Notes under the pieces: generated by a model
The model's input: the letters and a program-made list of their open reading frames with translations, nothing else
Told to the model about the DNA's origin: nothing
Databases searched by the model: none
In this document: positions 24,831 to 37,191 of the stretch, piece after piece
How positions within the stretch are numbered: the stretch's first letter is position 1
Layout of the letters: each line of letters begins with the position of its first letter
Position numbers and translations under genes: made by a program
Source of the DNA: Octopus sinensis
Taxonomy: Eukaryota
Assembly (NCBI RefSeq): GCF_006345805.1
Contig: NW_021832250.1
Coordinates: 1-63,390, forward strand
Direction: 5' to 3'
Length of the DNA: 63,390 bases

Positions 24831-25595
24831 ACAAGGTTTGAAATTTGGGGGGAGAGGACAAGTCGATTATATCGACCCTCAGTACGCAGCTGGTACTTAA
24901 TTAATCGACGCCGAAAGCATGAAAGGCTAAGCATATTGCCCGGCGTGCTAACGTTTCTGTCAGCTCGCTGCCTTAACAATAATAATTAGCATCAACAATC
25001 ATTATAATAATTATTTCTAATCTAGGCGCAAGGTCTTGAAAAAATTTGAGGAAGGGGGCATCTGGTACTTATTTCATCGACCCCGAACTCAGAACGTAGT
25101 GGCTGACGAAATGCCTATTTCTTTATTACCCACAAGGGGCTAAACACAGAGAGGACAAACAAGGACAGACAAACGGATTAATCTAGGCGCAAGGTCTTGG
25201 AAAGTTTTGGGGGAAGGGGGCATCTGGTACTTAATTCATCGACCCCGAAAGGATGAAAGACAAAGTCGACCTCGGCGGAATCTGAACTCAGAACGTAACG
25301 GCAGACAAAATACCTCTAAGCATTTCGCCCGGCGTGCTAACGATTCTGCCAGCTCGCCGCCTTAACAATCTTTATAATAGTCTTTTCTACTCTAGGCACA
25401 AGGCCCGACATTTTTTGGGTGGAGGCCAATTGATTAAATCTACTCCAGTACTCAACTGGCACTTAATTTATTGACCCCGAAAGATTGAAAGGCAAAGTCA
25501 ACTTCGTCGGAATTTCAACTCAGAACGTAGCGGCAGACGAAAATCGCTAAGCATTTCGACCGACGTGTTAACGTTTCTGCCAGCTCGCTGCCTTA
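24830..25595 (-). mobile_element. Head-to-tail cluster of 4 family-B tRNA-derived SINE copies
   Basis: Repeated 'ggcggcgagctggcagaatcgttagcacgccgggcgaaatgcttag...gagttcaaattccgccgaggtcgactttgcc' on the minus strand. Confidence 0.85.
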
Positions 25596-25748
25596 TCGTT
25601 AAAAATGTTCAGCTTCCACTTTTGAAAATAAGAACTTTCTTCTTTTAGAAAATTAACAAGACTCGAATAAAAGTATGAATCATATTTTTGCCAGCCTTCC
25701 TCTCTCTTTCACGCGCACGTTCTCTTTCTGTGTGTAAGTGTGTGTGTA

Positions 25749-25786
<38 letters not shown>

Positions 25787-25885
25787 CGTAATAATGAAGG
25801 GTGAAATTAATTAATTTGGAGAAATTATCAATTACACCAAGTAGTCTTCGGCATGTAAAAGCCTCATTCGAGGAAAATTTAAGTA

Positions 25886-26125
25886 ATACTAAGCAATAAG
25901 GGTTTAGCAACGAGTTGCCTTACCACATACCGAATTTAGAAATAGCAGTCAAAGGGTTATAGCTATTTCTTCTACTAAAAAGGGAGATCTCAGTAAAAAC
26001 AGCATTTGCTGTTTTTACTGAGATCTCCCTTTTTAGTAGAAGAAATAGCTATAACCCTTTGACTGCTATTTCTAAATTCGGTATGTGGTAAGGCAACTCG
26101 TTGCTAAACCCTTATTGCTTAGTAT
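25886..26125. repeat. Perfect palindrome, 119-bp arms, 2-nt loop (26005-26006)
   Basis: Direct base-by-base reverse-complement match; ends at (TA)n. Confidence 0.95.
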
Positions 26126-26140
26126 ATATATATATATATA

Positions 26141-28620
26141 GGCGTAGAGGTGGCTGTGTGGTAAGTAGCTTGCTTACTTCCGGTTACCTAGAATGCAACA
26201 CTAGTTGGTCTGGACTGTTACAATGACAAGATGTCAGTTTTTTGGGCTCCGTGAATAGAAAAAAGAACAAAAAGAAAAATTGTCAATTATGGCTCGCTAT
26301 AGCGAGCAAAATACTGGGTTCTCATCACCGTAACGGTGAATTGAGAATTTTTGCTTGAAAACTCGTTTTGCAAATTCTAGTGGGCGTATCTCGCCAGAAA
26401 AGTACAATTTTTCTGAACTGGAATAAACCATTTGGATTACCTTTTTGGACTATTATACAAAGGGTTCCCTGTCTGTGCTATTTGTGAGGTTTTTCTTTTA
26501 TTTTCCCTTCTTCTATTTTTTCTTTCTTTCTAAATTTTGGTTTATTCTTTTCATTACTTTAATTTCAGTTTCATCCCCTCCTCTTTTATTTTGTTTTATT
26601 TTTTATTCGGTTTAATTTTTTGGCAGACTGTCTTTTGAACTACTTTTGAACTGTTTTTTGACATGGCAGAGAAGGAACTTAAAAAGAAAAACTCTGACTT
26701 AGAGTGGGAAATTAACCCGCCTAAGTAGTGGTTAAAAGATATGGAGGAGAAGACGATGGTGCTTAGAACCTATTTTAAAGTTCTTTATTCCATCACCGTC
26801 TTCCCAAAACAAGTTATAAAATATGAACTTAAAGACTATTTGTCCTCGGTAAAATACACATCCCGTGGTGCCAAACATGCAACCGTATGGTTGCTGTTTG
26901 ACAACGGGGAAAAGGCTCGCCAGTTTGCGAGTCAGCCTTTAGAAGGCAAGGAAATTCTGTTCCTTCCGTCATATTGCGGGAGAAAATTAATACGAGCCTG
27001 GGTATGTGGGTTACTCCCAGGCACCGAAGCGGATTGGATTGAAGATACCATCCGACGGGGACTGGGGGATGGCGGGCCCAGGCTCTTAAGGGTATGGAAG
27101 GGTATTGCCGGCGGTCGATTGGGAAGGGCCAAAAGCGATTTTGACCCTGCGGACCCCATCAGCCGCAACAGATCTGGTTTTTCCAGATTTCTTGAAAATG
27201 GCTGGCTGCAGGAATCCGGTGATACTTGAGGGACGTCCCCCCAAGTGTCACTCGTGCCTGCAGCCAGGCCACATTAAAAGGAACTGCCCACAGGACCATG
27301 GTAAGGTCCTGGAACAGTCACTATATGCCACCTCCTCTACCCGGTCAAAGGGAGAGGTGGATGTGGTCGAGGAGGCTTCAGCCTCCTCAACTCAAAAAGG
27401 ATTAAAACGGAAGAAGGCGGGCAACAATAGTTGCCCGCCGAAAGAACCTAAGGCGTCGGGAGGCGGGGGAGAGTCTCCGGACAAAGCGGAAGAGCTCCAC
27501 TCTCCCGAAGTCAGGAAGAAAAGAAAAAAAGAAGGAAGAAGAATGGGTCATCTCAGCGGTGAGATGATGTGCCGTCTGCATGTCCCGAAGTTGTGCCACC
27601 CACGGTGGAAGAAACCACCCCACCCTTAAAGATGATCAATTATCTTTTTCTATAAGGGCGGGGAGGTGAAAAAATAGTAGAAGAACATAAAGAGACAATA
27701 GATATGCCCTTCACACGGTATCCCGAATGGCCTCCGCAGATAGCTGTGGAGGTCATAAGGTTTCCCTTGTGGGAAAGGCTTAAAGGATTTGGGAAGGAGT
27801 GTCGCATATGGCCGGGTGGCCCTTACACGACTTACATATCCTACATGAGTGAGGCATGGGAAATGGCGGGATACAGGAACTCAAGCGGCATTGAAGATAA
27901 TAATTAATATATCGATGGATATATCGAAGAGTAGGAGGTGAAAGACCCCCGTTATAGGGTTTGAAACCTCATCTTATTGTATTATTTGTAGTGGTTTATA
28001 ACCTCAATCGTGTGTTTAAAAAAAAGAACATGTTAAGTAAGAGGTTTTAGTGCCTCCTTCTTGTAAGAGGTTTGAAACCTCATATTGATTTTTTAAAAAA
28101 AGTTTTCGAGAAAAAAGTTTTCGAGAAAAATCCAATCGGCGGGTGTTGGGTTTCGTCTCTCATTTATTCATTCTATTTCATTTTCATCCATTAATGTGTT
28201 TGTCCAGCCCGCAAAGCTGTCTATGATGACAAATTTTATGAAATAAAGTAGCTTGCTTTCCAACCACATAGTTCCGGGTTTAGTCCCACTGCTTGGCACC
28301 TTAGACAAGTGTCTTCTTCTATAGCCTCGGGCCGACCAAGCCCTTGTGAATGGATTTGGTAGACGGAAACTGAAAGAAGCCCGTCGTATATATGTATGTG
28401 TGTATGTGTGTGTGTGTATGTGTGTGTGTGTGTGTGTGTGTGTTTGTGTGTTTGTGTTTGTCCCTACCAACATCGCTTGACGACCGATGCTGGTGTGTTT
28501 ACGTCCCCGTAACTTAGCGGTTTGGCAGAAGAGACCGATAGAATAAGTACTAAGCTTACAAAGAATAAGTCCTGGAGTCGATTTGCTCGACTAAAGGCGG
28601 TGCTCCAGAGTAGAGTCTGG
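26141..28620 (+). mobile_element. Family-A SINE interrupted in its tRNA-like head (26141-26177 + 28246-28620)
   Basis: 'ggcgtagaggtggctgtgtggtaagtagcttgcttac' resumes as 'aagtagcttgctttccaaccacatagttccggg'. Confidence 0.9.
26178..28245 (+). mobile_element. ORF1-only Tx1/L1-derived element (HAL1-like) with ~15-bp TSD
   Basis: Frameshifted ORF1 (26741-27229, 27105-27629) with CCHC knuckle KCHSCLQPGHIKRNC and no EN/RT. Ends in aataaa. TSD aagtagcttgctt(a/t)c at 26163-26177 and 28246-28260. Confidence 0.8.
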
Positions 28621-29204
28621 AGAGAAGGCAATGACTATGACACATGCAGGGCCTCGGCAACTAGTGGGATTGAAGAATGAGGTATTTTCAAATGTTAACG
28701 CTCACTAGAATGATTACAAAAGAGTGGAATGCAGGAAAGGCACCCAACGTGCCAGGTGGTGGTGTTAATCCATGCAAACCGTATAATCTTTCTCTCTCTG
28801 TCTATATGTGTAATGATCCACTCGTAGACACAGGTACATAAATAGGAGTATAACAACAATATTACCTGTCTGGTTGTATGTGTGTACGTGTGTACAGAAA
28901 CACATTTCTCAACAGGATCGCTTAAAGACGTTTAGTTAAATTATTAACCTACCACATTATAAATAAGTTCCTTTAAATGAAGATACATATTACCTCATTG
29001 GCAGAAGGAAGATATGAATCTCCGTTTTGTCTATCTACCTGTCTTTTTTATCTCACGCACTCTGTTTTGCTCTTTGTTTCTAGTTGTCTTAATGTAGAAT
29101 CAAATGTTTATTCTTTATTCTTTCGTTATCCTCTGACGTCACCAAAAGTTGAATATCAAACTAGCTTTTTTAAGAATGTTATATTTTTTCTTTTACTTGT
29201 TTCA

Positions 29205-29369
29205 GCCATTTGACTGCAGCCATGCTGGAGCCCCGCCTTTAGTCGAACAAATCGACCCTATGACTTATTGTTTCTAAGCGTAGTACTTATTCTATCGGTC
29301 TTTTTTGCCGAAGTTATAGGGACGTAAACACACCAACATCGGTTTTCAAGTCATGGGGGGCACAAACAC

Positions 29370-29403
<34 letters not shown>

Positions 29404-29560
29404 GACGGGCTTCTTTCAGTTTCCGTCTACGAAATCAACTCAAGGCTTTGGTCGGCCCGAGGCCATACTAGAAGATATTTGCCCAAGGTGTCATGCAGTG
29501 GGACTGAACACGGAACTATGCGGTTGGGAAGATCCTTACCACACACCCACACCTGCGCCT
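29205..29560 (-). mobile_element. Family-A SINE
   Basis: Both halves are present with an internal (TA)n. Confidence 0.8.
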
Positions 29561-29604
29561 ATATATTTCAAGGCTAGATGAGCTGATAAAAGGATCTAGG
29601 ATGT

Positions 29605-29885
29605 GATTCAGAGCGTAGTCTGACATTCATTAAGGGAGTGCAGAAAGAAGTAAAATTTAAAATAGGAGGACAAAACATTCCAACAGTCAAGGAAGAAACA
29701 GTTAAGAGCCTGGGATGTGTATACGTTGGAACATTGTAAGACTGGAGTCGTGAGATGCAGATTATCAAGCAAGCCGAAGACGGACTAACAACAATTGATG
29801 ATTCAAAGCTACCAGGGAAGTATAAAATACGGTGTCTACAGTTCGGCTTATACCTGCGCCTTTCGCAGTCCCTTTTAACATACGT
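29605..29885 (+). mobile_element. Hero/R2-group LINE RT C-terminal fragment
   Basis: RSLTFIKG...FKIGGQNIPTVKEETVKSLG...IDDSKLPGKYKIRCLQFGL. Confidence 0.6.
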
Positions 29886-32044
29886 GGTGGCGCTTTCACG
29901 GCTTCAGATCATTGAGCAAAAATGAAATTTGTTCATAAGAAAGTGGCTTGGTCTACCTCGGATGCTTTATCGTAAAAGAGGTTCATTACAATTACTACTG
30001 GCGTCAATCATCGGACTTTATAAAACTAGTTGTTAAACTCCGATATTTTGAACGAACATTAACGGCATTAAGTTCACTGGTTTCGGTGGACCTACAATAA
30101 AGGACACTGTTTATTCTTCAAGACTCTGCAAGTAAAACAAGCGCAACGAATTACAAGTCGTATTTGCCAATTCGCATGCAAACTTTCTCCTCTCATAAGC
30201 ATACTATTTTTTTGGAGAATTAATCTTTTCTTTACCGTTACATTTCCAGATTTTTCAAGATATTTCGTTGTCGTATAACAGCATGTTCATCTGTTATTTA
30301 TTAGAAGGGGTATCTATATAAATTGGACAACAGAATAAGCCTGTAAATCTGGAAGTAATCTGTATCAAGTTAGACAATACAATTTATATTCTTCTTCAGG
30401 TAATAGACATCGGAAGTAAATATATTTCTTGGGTTCAGTTTTCTTCCATATACGACATTGAACATGCATGTATCTCATGATCTGAAATGCTTTATGCTAA
30501 CCATGTAATTAATTTTTAAACACTTTTTTATTCGAATAAAGTATGATGAACTACCATGCTTATTTTGAAACTTATTGAACTGAACTTTATGGCATACTCG
30601 TTTGTTCAGAGGAGAATGTATGGTATGATTCCTGTAAAATATTTAGAAGCCAGTCGCGGGTACAGGCATCTTATAGTTAACTGACTGAAATATATATGCA
30701 ACTGTTTGGCTTTCTTTATAGCTGTTTCTAACTACCCCAAACACATCTTGTTCTATAGATTATGTGAAAAACATTCTATTCATGTAGTCACCCAAATGTT
30801 GGAGATAGTTTCAACCAGATGTATTATAAGTATATAATTTTGTAAACCAAGTTACGAACACCATACTGAAAAATATAATATTCGAAACAATTGAGTTCAG
30901 GACTTCCATTCAGCTCCGATGTCAAAGCTAATTGATAGGTAGGAAGGTAAAATAAGTTGATTTACATTCTTTACGAACTTCTAATTGAGGGCCTACTCTA
31001 GTAATCGATATTTTATCATACAAGTAGCAAACAAAAGTGACTAAGAAGTAGCTCTGAATCCATTAGAATTTATCTTCGTCGTTTAAAACGTATATTTATA
31101 TCCTTCATGCTTGGAATGAAAGTGTTAGAAAATTATACTTTCCAATACCCGCAAAAATCTAAGTAGAGAAAAATTGCTATGGGTTTTTAAAAAATTTTTT
31201 GATACACAGAACTGGAGTAAAGATCCTTCGCTTTACGGAAGTAATGCGTTCCTGAAAATCTGTCCGTAACGCGAAATTCCAGGATACAAAATTAATTTTT
31301 TCGTTGATTTTTGCATTATCAAGTGAGACTGCGTTCCTACGGACATTTAAAAAAAATGCAAAACAAAAAGCAAAACAAAAAAACAAGAATCACAAGAAAA
31401 CAACTGAAAACAAGCAGCGCGATCAATTTATACATAAAAGTATTTCTAAACACCCAGTACAATATAGCTACAAAACCATTTCAAGAGGAATCGTAATATC
31501 GTAAGAGTACGTTCTTACCTTAACAGACGAGGAGTGGTGGTAGAATGAGCGTTACTAGGAGAGCGAGGGACAATATTTACTACTAGCTGGTGTCGTCAAA
31601 AACGACAGCCAATTGTAGTATTTTATATACAAATATAAGGTACATAATAATCACACATACAGACATTCACATACTTCCCCTGTACACGCACACACATACA
31701 CACATATACTCACACAGAGTTGAAACATCGTTTGATTTTTCTTTACACACATACAAACATTCACGTTTTGCCATCACCCCTTCCTTTCTCATTCATATGT
31801 TGTGACGGACAAAGACACAAGAGTATTAATATAGTAGATCATTAGCATGAGGGCTGAAAATCTTATCCAAAGTTGTTCGTTGTTTATGACACATCATCTC
31901 TTTATACAGCTCAGGAACTGAAGACATTGTAAACTCTTCTTGTAATTTTTATGTTACGTTCCGCTATGAGTGACAACTCTTAAGCAATAATTTTTGTTGG
32001 CAATTTAAATAGTATAGATGGAACATTCATTCTTTCTAACTCTA

Positions 32045-32428
32045 GTCACAAGGCCCAAAATTTGGGGGGAGGGGCCAATCGATTAGATCGATCCCAGTGT
32101 GCAACTGGTACTTAATTTATCGACCCTGAAAGGATGAAAGGCAAAGTCGACCTCGGCAGAATTTGAACTCAGAACGTAAACACAGACGAAATACATATTT
32201 CTTTACTACCCACAAGGGGATAAACACAGAGAGGAAAAACAAGGACAGACAAACAGATTAAGTCGATTATATCGACCCTAGTGCGTAACTGGTACTTATT
32301 TAATCGACCTCGAAAGGATGAAAGGCAAAGTCAACCTCGGCGGAATTTGAACTCAGAACGTAGCGGCAGACAAAATACCGCTAAGCATTGCGCCCAGCGT
32401 GCTAACGCTTCTGCCTGCTCGCCGCCTA
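32045..32428 (-). mobile_element. Family-B SINE dimer joined by an ~65-bp linker ending 'gggtagtaaagaaata'
   Basis: Full head+core, linker, then a second copy starting at 'gtatttcgtc'. Confidence 0.85.
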
Positions 32429-32989
32429 GATGGAACTTCCATTGTCTCATCTGTATTCTCAATTTGTTCGTTTTCAAATAACATCAACTCAATCACATCA
32501 TCCTCAATGATTTCTTCAAGTCCTACATCCTTTGCAAAAGGACACGAATACAGTCTGGCCATATATTTTCCCAAGCACTATTTCATGGTTTAAGGTTTTA
32601 CTTCATCCCATGACTCAGCTGTATTGTCCATAGCATCCACTGTGTTGAATTTCTTCCAGAAATCTCTAACTGTAGGTTTATCCTCCTTGTCAGTTGCTTT
32701 CATAAATTGTTAGAAAGTTCTCATACAAAGAGTGAAGTTAGCTATCATACCATTATTCATTGACTGGAGCAAAGAAGCTTCTTTGTGCTGATAAAGAGCA
32801 ATAACCCAGGAACCGGTCCACAGATGTTGTTTTGTGCTGGATGGGAGTGCTGGAGTCCCTGTTCAAAAACATAAGAGCACAGATATTGTGTCGTATAGCC
32901 AGCTGTAAACGATGTTTCCTGGGGCCAAACAACAGTAGCTATCGTCCCTTCAAGGAGAGTCACATTATGTTGGAAAATAGCTTTTACTT

Positions 32990-33042
<53 letters not shown>

Positions 33043-33513
33043 TAAATGAATAAATATTCGAAAATATTTATATAGCTCTTCAGCGGTTACAAAGCACAAT
33101 GAATCGAGCAACGTTTTTAACCCTAGGTATATAGTGAAAGCTGCTGATGAGAATAAAGGGAGATAGACTCTCAAAATTTGAAATCAGTTCATCCAGAAAT
33201 ATCTATCTCCTCATTCTATGGCTTTCTGCCGTGATGGTAAGTTAATCTCTTTGCTCATAGCCCGATTTCTCTTGTGCTTGTTATTTTTCCAGTGATTGGT
33301 GGTTTCCTTGGAGGATTTTGCGACTCTGATTTTCACAACAATGCTGGTACCGCGTGTGGCCTATTATATTTATTAATTATATATATATATATATAATATA
33401 TATATATATATAGTCATTACAGGTATAGGGTGAAATATAATTAATTTAATAAAATCAACAAATTTCACCTAGTAGTATTTCGGTATGGAAAAGGACCATA
33501 TTCGATAAAAATT

Positions 33514-33869
33514 TATATAATTATAATAATAGGGGTTTTGCAACAAGTTGCTTAACCACATACCGAAAATTTTAGAAATAGCAGCCAAAAGACTACTATT
33601 TCCTTTTACTACAAAAATAAGTCTCCACAGACAACAATATTTGTAACTCACATATGGCAAAAAAAAGAAGAAAAGTAATGAAATCACAGTCTTCGGTTGT
33701 GATTTCATTCTTTTTCTTCTCTTTTTGCCATATGTGAGTTACAAATATTGTTGTCTGTGGAGACTTATTTTTGTAGTAAAAGGAAATAGTAGTCTTTTGG
33801 CTGCTATTTCTAAAAGTTTCGGTATGTGGTTGCAACTTGTTGCGACTTGTTGCAAAACCCCTATTATTA

Positions 33870-33879
<10 letters not shown>
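33514..33879. repeat. Imperfect fold-back palindrome (~175-bp arms) with C(UUCG)G apex; same family as 25886-26125
   Basis: The arms are reverse-complementary and share 'accacataccgaa..ttagaaatagcag' with the 25.9-kb palindrome; ends in (TA)n. Confidence 0.9.
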
Positions 33880-33908
<29 letters not shown>

Positions 33909-34748
33909 TATATATATATACTCTACCTCATTCTTCATGGATGGACTAACACAAATATTTAAGGATACCATACATTCATCACTTCAAGCTAAAACTTATA
34001 TTCTTTAAATATCATTTTTACTATTGTTGTTATTACTATCATTTTTATTATATATGATATAACAATCTGAAATATAATTATAAATTGGTCTATGCAAATT
34101 TATATAAATAGAAAATAATATAAATAAAGTGTTAAAATCTGAAAGTTAAGTTAACAAACACTTATATAAAAAAGATAATGCAAATGAAGCTAAAATGATA
34201 ATTTTATAATTTGGGGTTTATTAGCAGCCTTTATTGCAGGAGTTTGAAAAACAAAAATTGAAGAACTCAAAAGAGTTGTCTCCCCTTATTCACAACACAG
34301 GAACTGAAGAACCACAATTACTACTACTTCCTGTTTTTGCCGAGATCCTTAATTAAACCAAACAACACATGGTCTTAATCCCATTGGATCCTAATACCTC
34401 AAGGTAATTTTTTCGTGAAGAATCATTAAACTCAAGATACACAACGAACTCACAATGTATCGGAGTACTTATTTTTTAATTTTTGTACATATTTATTATT
34501 ATTCTTTTGCAAAAAACAATGCAACTTTCTTTTTTCCCCTTTCTCATTTAAAAAAAAACTTTTTTTACCTAACTATTCTTGATAAGTCACACTATGACGA
34601 AAATCGGTTTGAATAAATATATATTTATATATTTTTTCAATTTCTCATTTCATTAAAATGTTCTTTCAATTTAGCATTCTGCATTTTTACAATTTTCCTT
34701 GCTTATCATTTCTCCACGTGCGGTCAACACAACCCCACCATTTATTGA

Positions 34749-34797
<49 letters not shown>

Positions 34798-34820
34798 GTA
34801 TATATATCTATATCTATCTA

Positions 34821-34865
<45 letters not shown>

Positions 34866-36623
34866 GTTTATGTATGTATGTATGTATGTATGTATGTATG
34901 TATGTATGTATGTATGTTTGAATATATATATGTATTCAGCAGCAGTATAAGCACCGAGCAGTGTTTAAGGAAGGACCATTAGATTAGTTAAAATATGTTT
35001 GTAACATATTTCAACTTCTAAGGACAAATTCACTGCAGTTAGCATGGAGAAAATTGTCCCTTACAGAGAATAGTAACACTTAATAACAATTGCAATAGTA
35101 GAAAAGCTTCAGGCTATCTGTTACGAAATTGTCTCTCCAGAAATATCGAACATAACGTAACGGTAATCACAAACCCAACATGAACAACTACATCTACACA
35201 TATAGGATCTACAGCAAACCAATTCAAGTCACGATACTGTCAACACTAACACACACACACACACTTTTCGCAAACCAAACAGGATAAATGATACGTCACT
35301 ATCCAAACATGCATAGTAATTAAAATAAAAATTCTCTGCTTAGCATCAATTAGAAAATACTCAGACATGCAGGGCCATAATATAACAACCAGCCCTAAAT
35401 ACTTTGTATGAATGAAACCTACTACATACAGTCTGGCATTTATGCACGAATTTCTGAACCGAAACCGAACTAGTCTCTTCATGCAGGCTCAGAATCATAA
35501 AGTCATTAAAACATTTCAAACTAATATTTTTATAGTTGCTAACATATTAGCATCTCATCAACACCCTCCCTCCATTTAGACCATCAATTATCTCTAATAT
35601 ATACGTATAAAACCCTTTTACAGCTTCACACTAAACAAGTACTCTAGAAATTATTTGAAAATCTCCAACCAAAATCCCTACGAAAGATATTTTTAATATA
35701 AACACACAAATCTAAATACACCCATAACAAAATGTATTTGTATGCAAGCAAGATCTTTTTCTTTCTTTAATCCTTTAAAATATTTTAGTTTCTTTTTCTA
35801 AATTCTAAATTAAAAAAGTTTAAATTTTCAAATCCGATTTTTTAATTTTCTTTTTATTTCCATCCTTATACATGTATATATATATACACCTTTTATAATG
35901 CCCCACCTTCACATATATTCAGAGGCCTAAAATAATATATTATAAGATACCCACATTTGAAACAATTGAAAAAATATTAATAAACACGCAGCCCACAAAC
36001 TGTCTCCATAAACCATGAGGGTTAAAACCCATATATACTAATCAAATGGCCTGTGGGAACAATGAACACCTAGAGAAAAACATACAGATGAACAACCTTT
36101 ACACGTGCCCAAATCTTTTTGTGAAGACCAAAGAACCAGAGAAACAATTTTCAAAAATAACACCATTACATGCCTCAGTAATAACCCCCACCTACCAAAG
36201 AAAATGGGGAAATACACTAAATAACAACACCAACATCTAAAGAAACTGACCAACTAAAACATACTACCTACTTGCATTATTTTGTGAACCTCTAAAAAAC
36301 TCTATTACAAAAATCTTGACACACCAAATTATTAAGGTTTTAATACTAGCCTTTGTACCTTTGACCTTTACATTGTCAAAGCAAAGGATTAAATCACAAG
36401 ACAAAAAACGAAAATAACAAAAACTACTGACCTTCTCTTGTGTCTACCTAACAACAGGGACACACATATGCACACAAAGTTCTACATGCAATAATAGATT
36501 CAAAACAACAACATAGACCTAAATTTAATCAATAAAAATTTCTCCAAAATATCTCTCCATAAAAACAGACTCTAAAACTAATTATCACTCTACTAAAACC
36601 CATACACCCAACGAAGGTTTTTG

Positions 36624-36690
36624 CTCAGAGAGCCAAGATTAACCACAGTTCGAAAATGGCTTAACTGGCCGAAACTTCGAAGTCCCTGAG
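36624..36690 (+). ncRNA. Hammerhead relic with deleted CUGA core
   Basis: CUCAG..AG-AGCCA...long stem II...UGGCC-GAAA-CUUCGAAG-UC^CCUGAG. Stem I (CUCAG/CUGAG) and the ACUUCGAAGU palindrome are intact; CUGANGA is absent. Confidence 0.5.
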
Positions 36691-36834
36691 AATAATATTC
36701 TTGTTTAAGAATAATAAATTTTTTCTCTACAAAAGTATAGAGTAATGTAATATTGCTTTTATTATAACTGAACAAAGCACAAACGCTAACATATACATAT
36801 TTATAGTTCGGAGTTTGTAAATATGTGTGCGTTA

Positions 36835-36883
<49 letters not shown>

Positions 36884-37053
36884 TGTGTGATGTGTATGCA
36901 TGTATGTATGTATGCAGATATGCTCAGAAAGTCAGATTCATTTACACACAGTTTGATTCATAAACGCTTGCAAGTGAAAAATGTTTTAATCTTTAAACTT
37001 GGTTTAAAGAATCTTATGAATCTCTTAGGATATACATTTGTGTATGTCTCTTT

Positions 37054-37120
<67 letters not shown>

Positions 37121-37152
37121 GTGTGTGTGTGTGTGTGTGTGTGTGTCTCTTT

Positions 37153-37188
<36 letters not shown>

Positions 37189-37191
<3 letters not shown>

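Noticed and set aside
24830-25595. CRISPR-like array or tRNA gene cluster
   Set aside because: The repeats are diverged ~200-bp SINE copies in eukaryotic DNA, with no constant-length spacers and no complete cloverleaf.
30250-30800. Possible Polinton DNA polymerase B remnant (minus strand)
   Set aside because: Only vague resemblance (GIIPY, ISD) with many stops; cannot be supported without a profile search.
33136-33190. CUGAUGA-stem-GAAAUC as a hammerhead
   Set aside because: There is no room for helix III and the stem I register is shifted; insufficient support.
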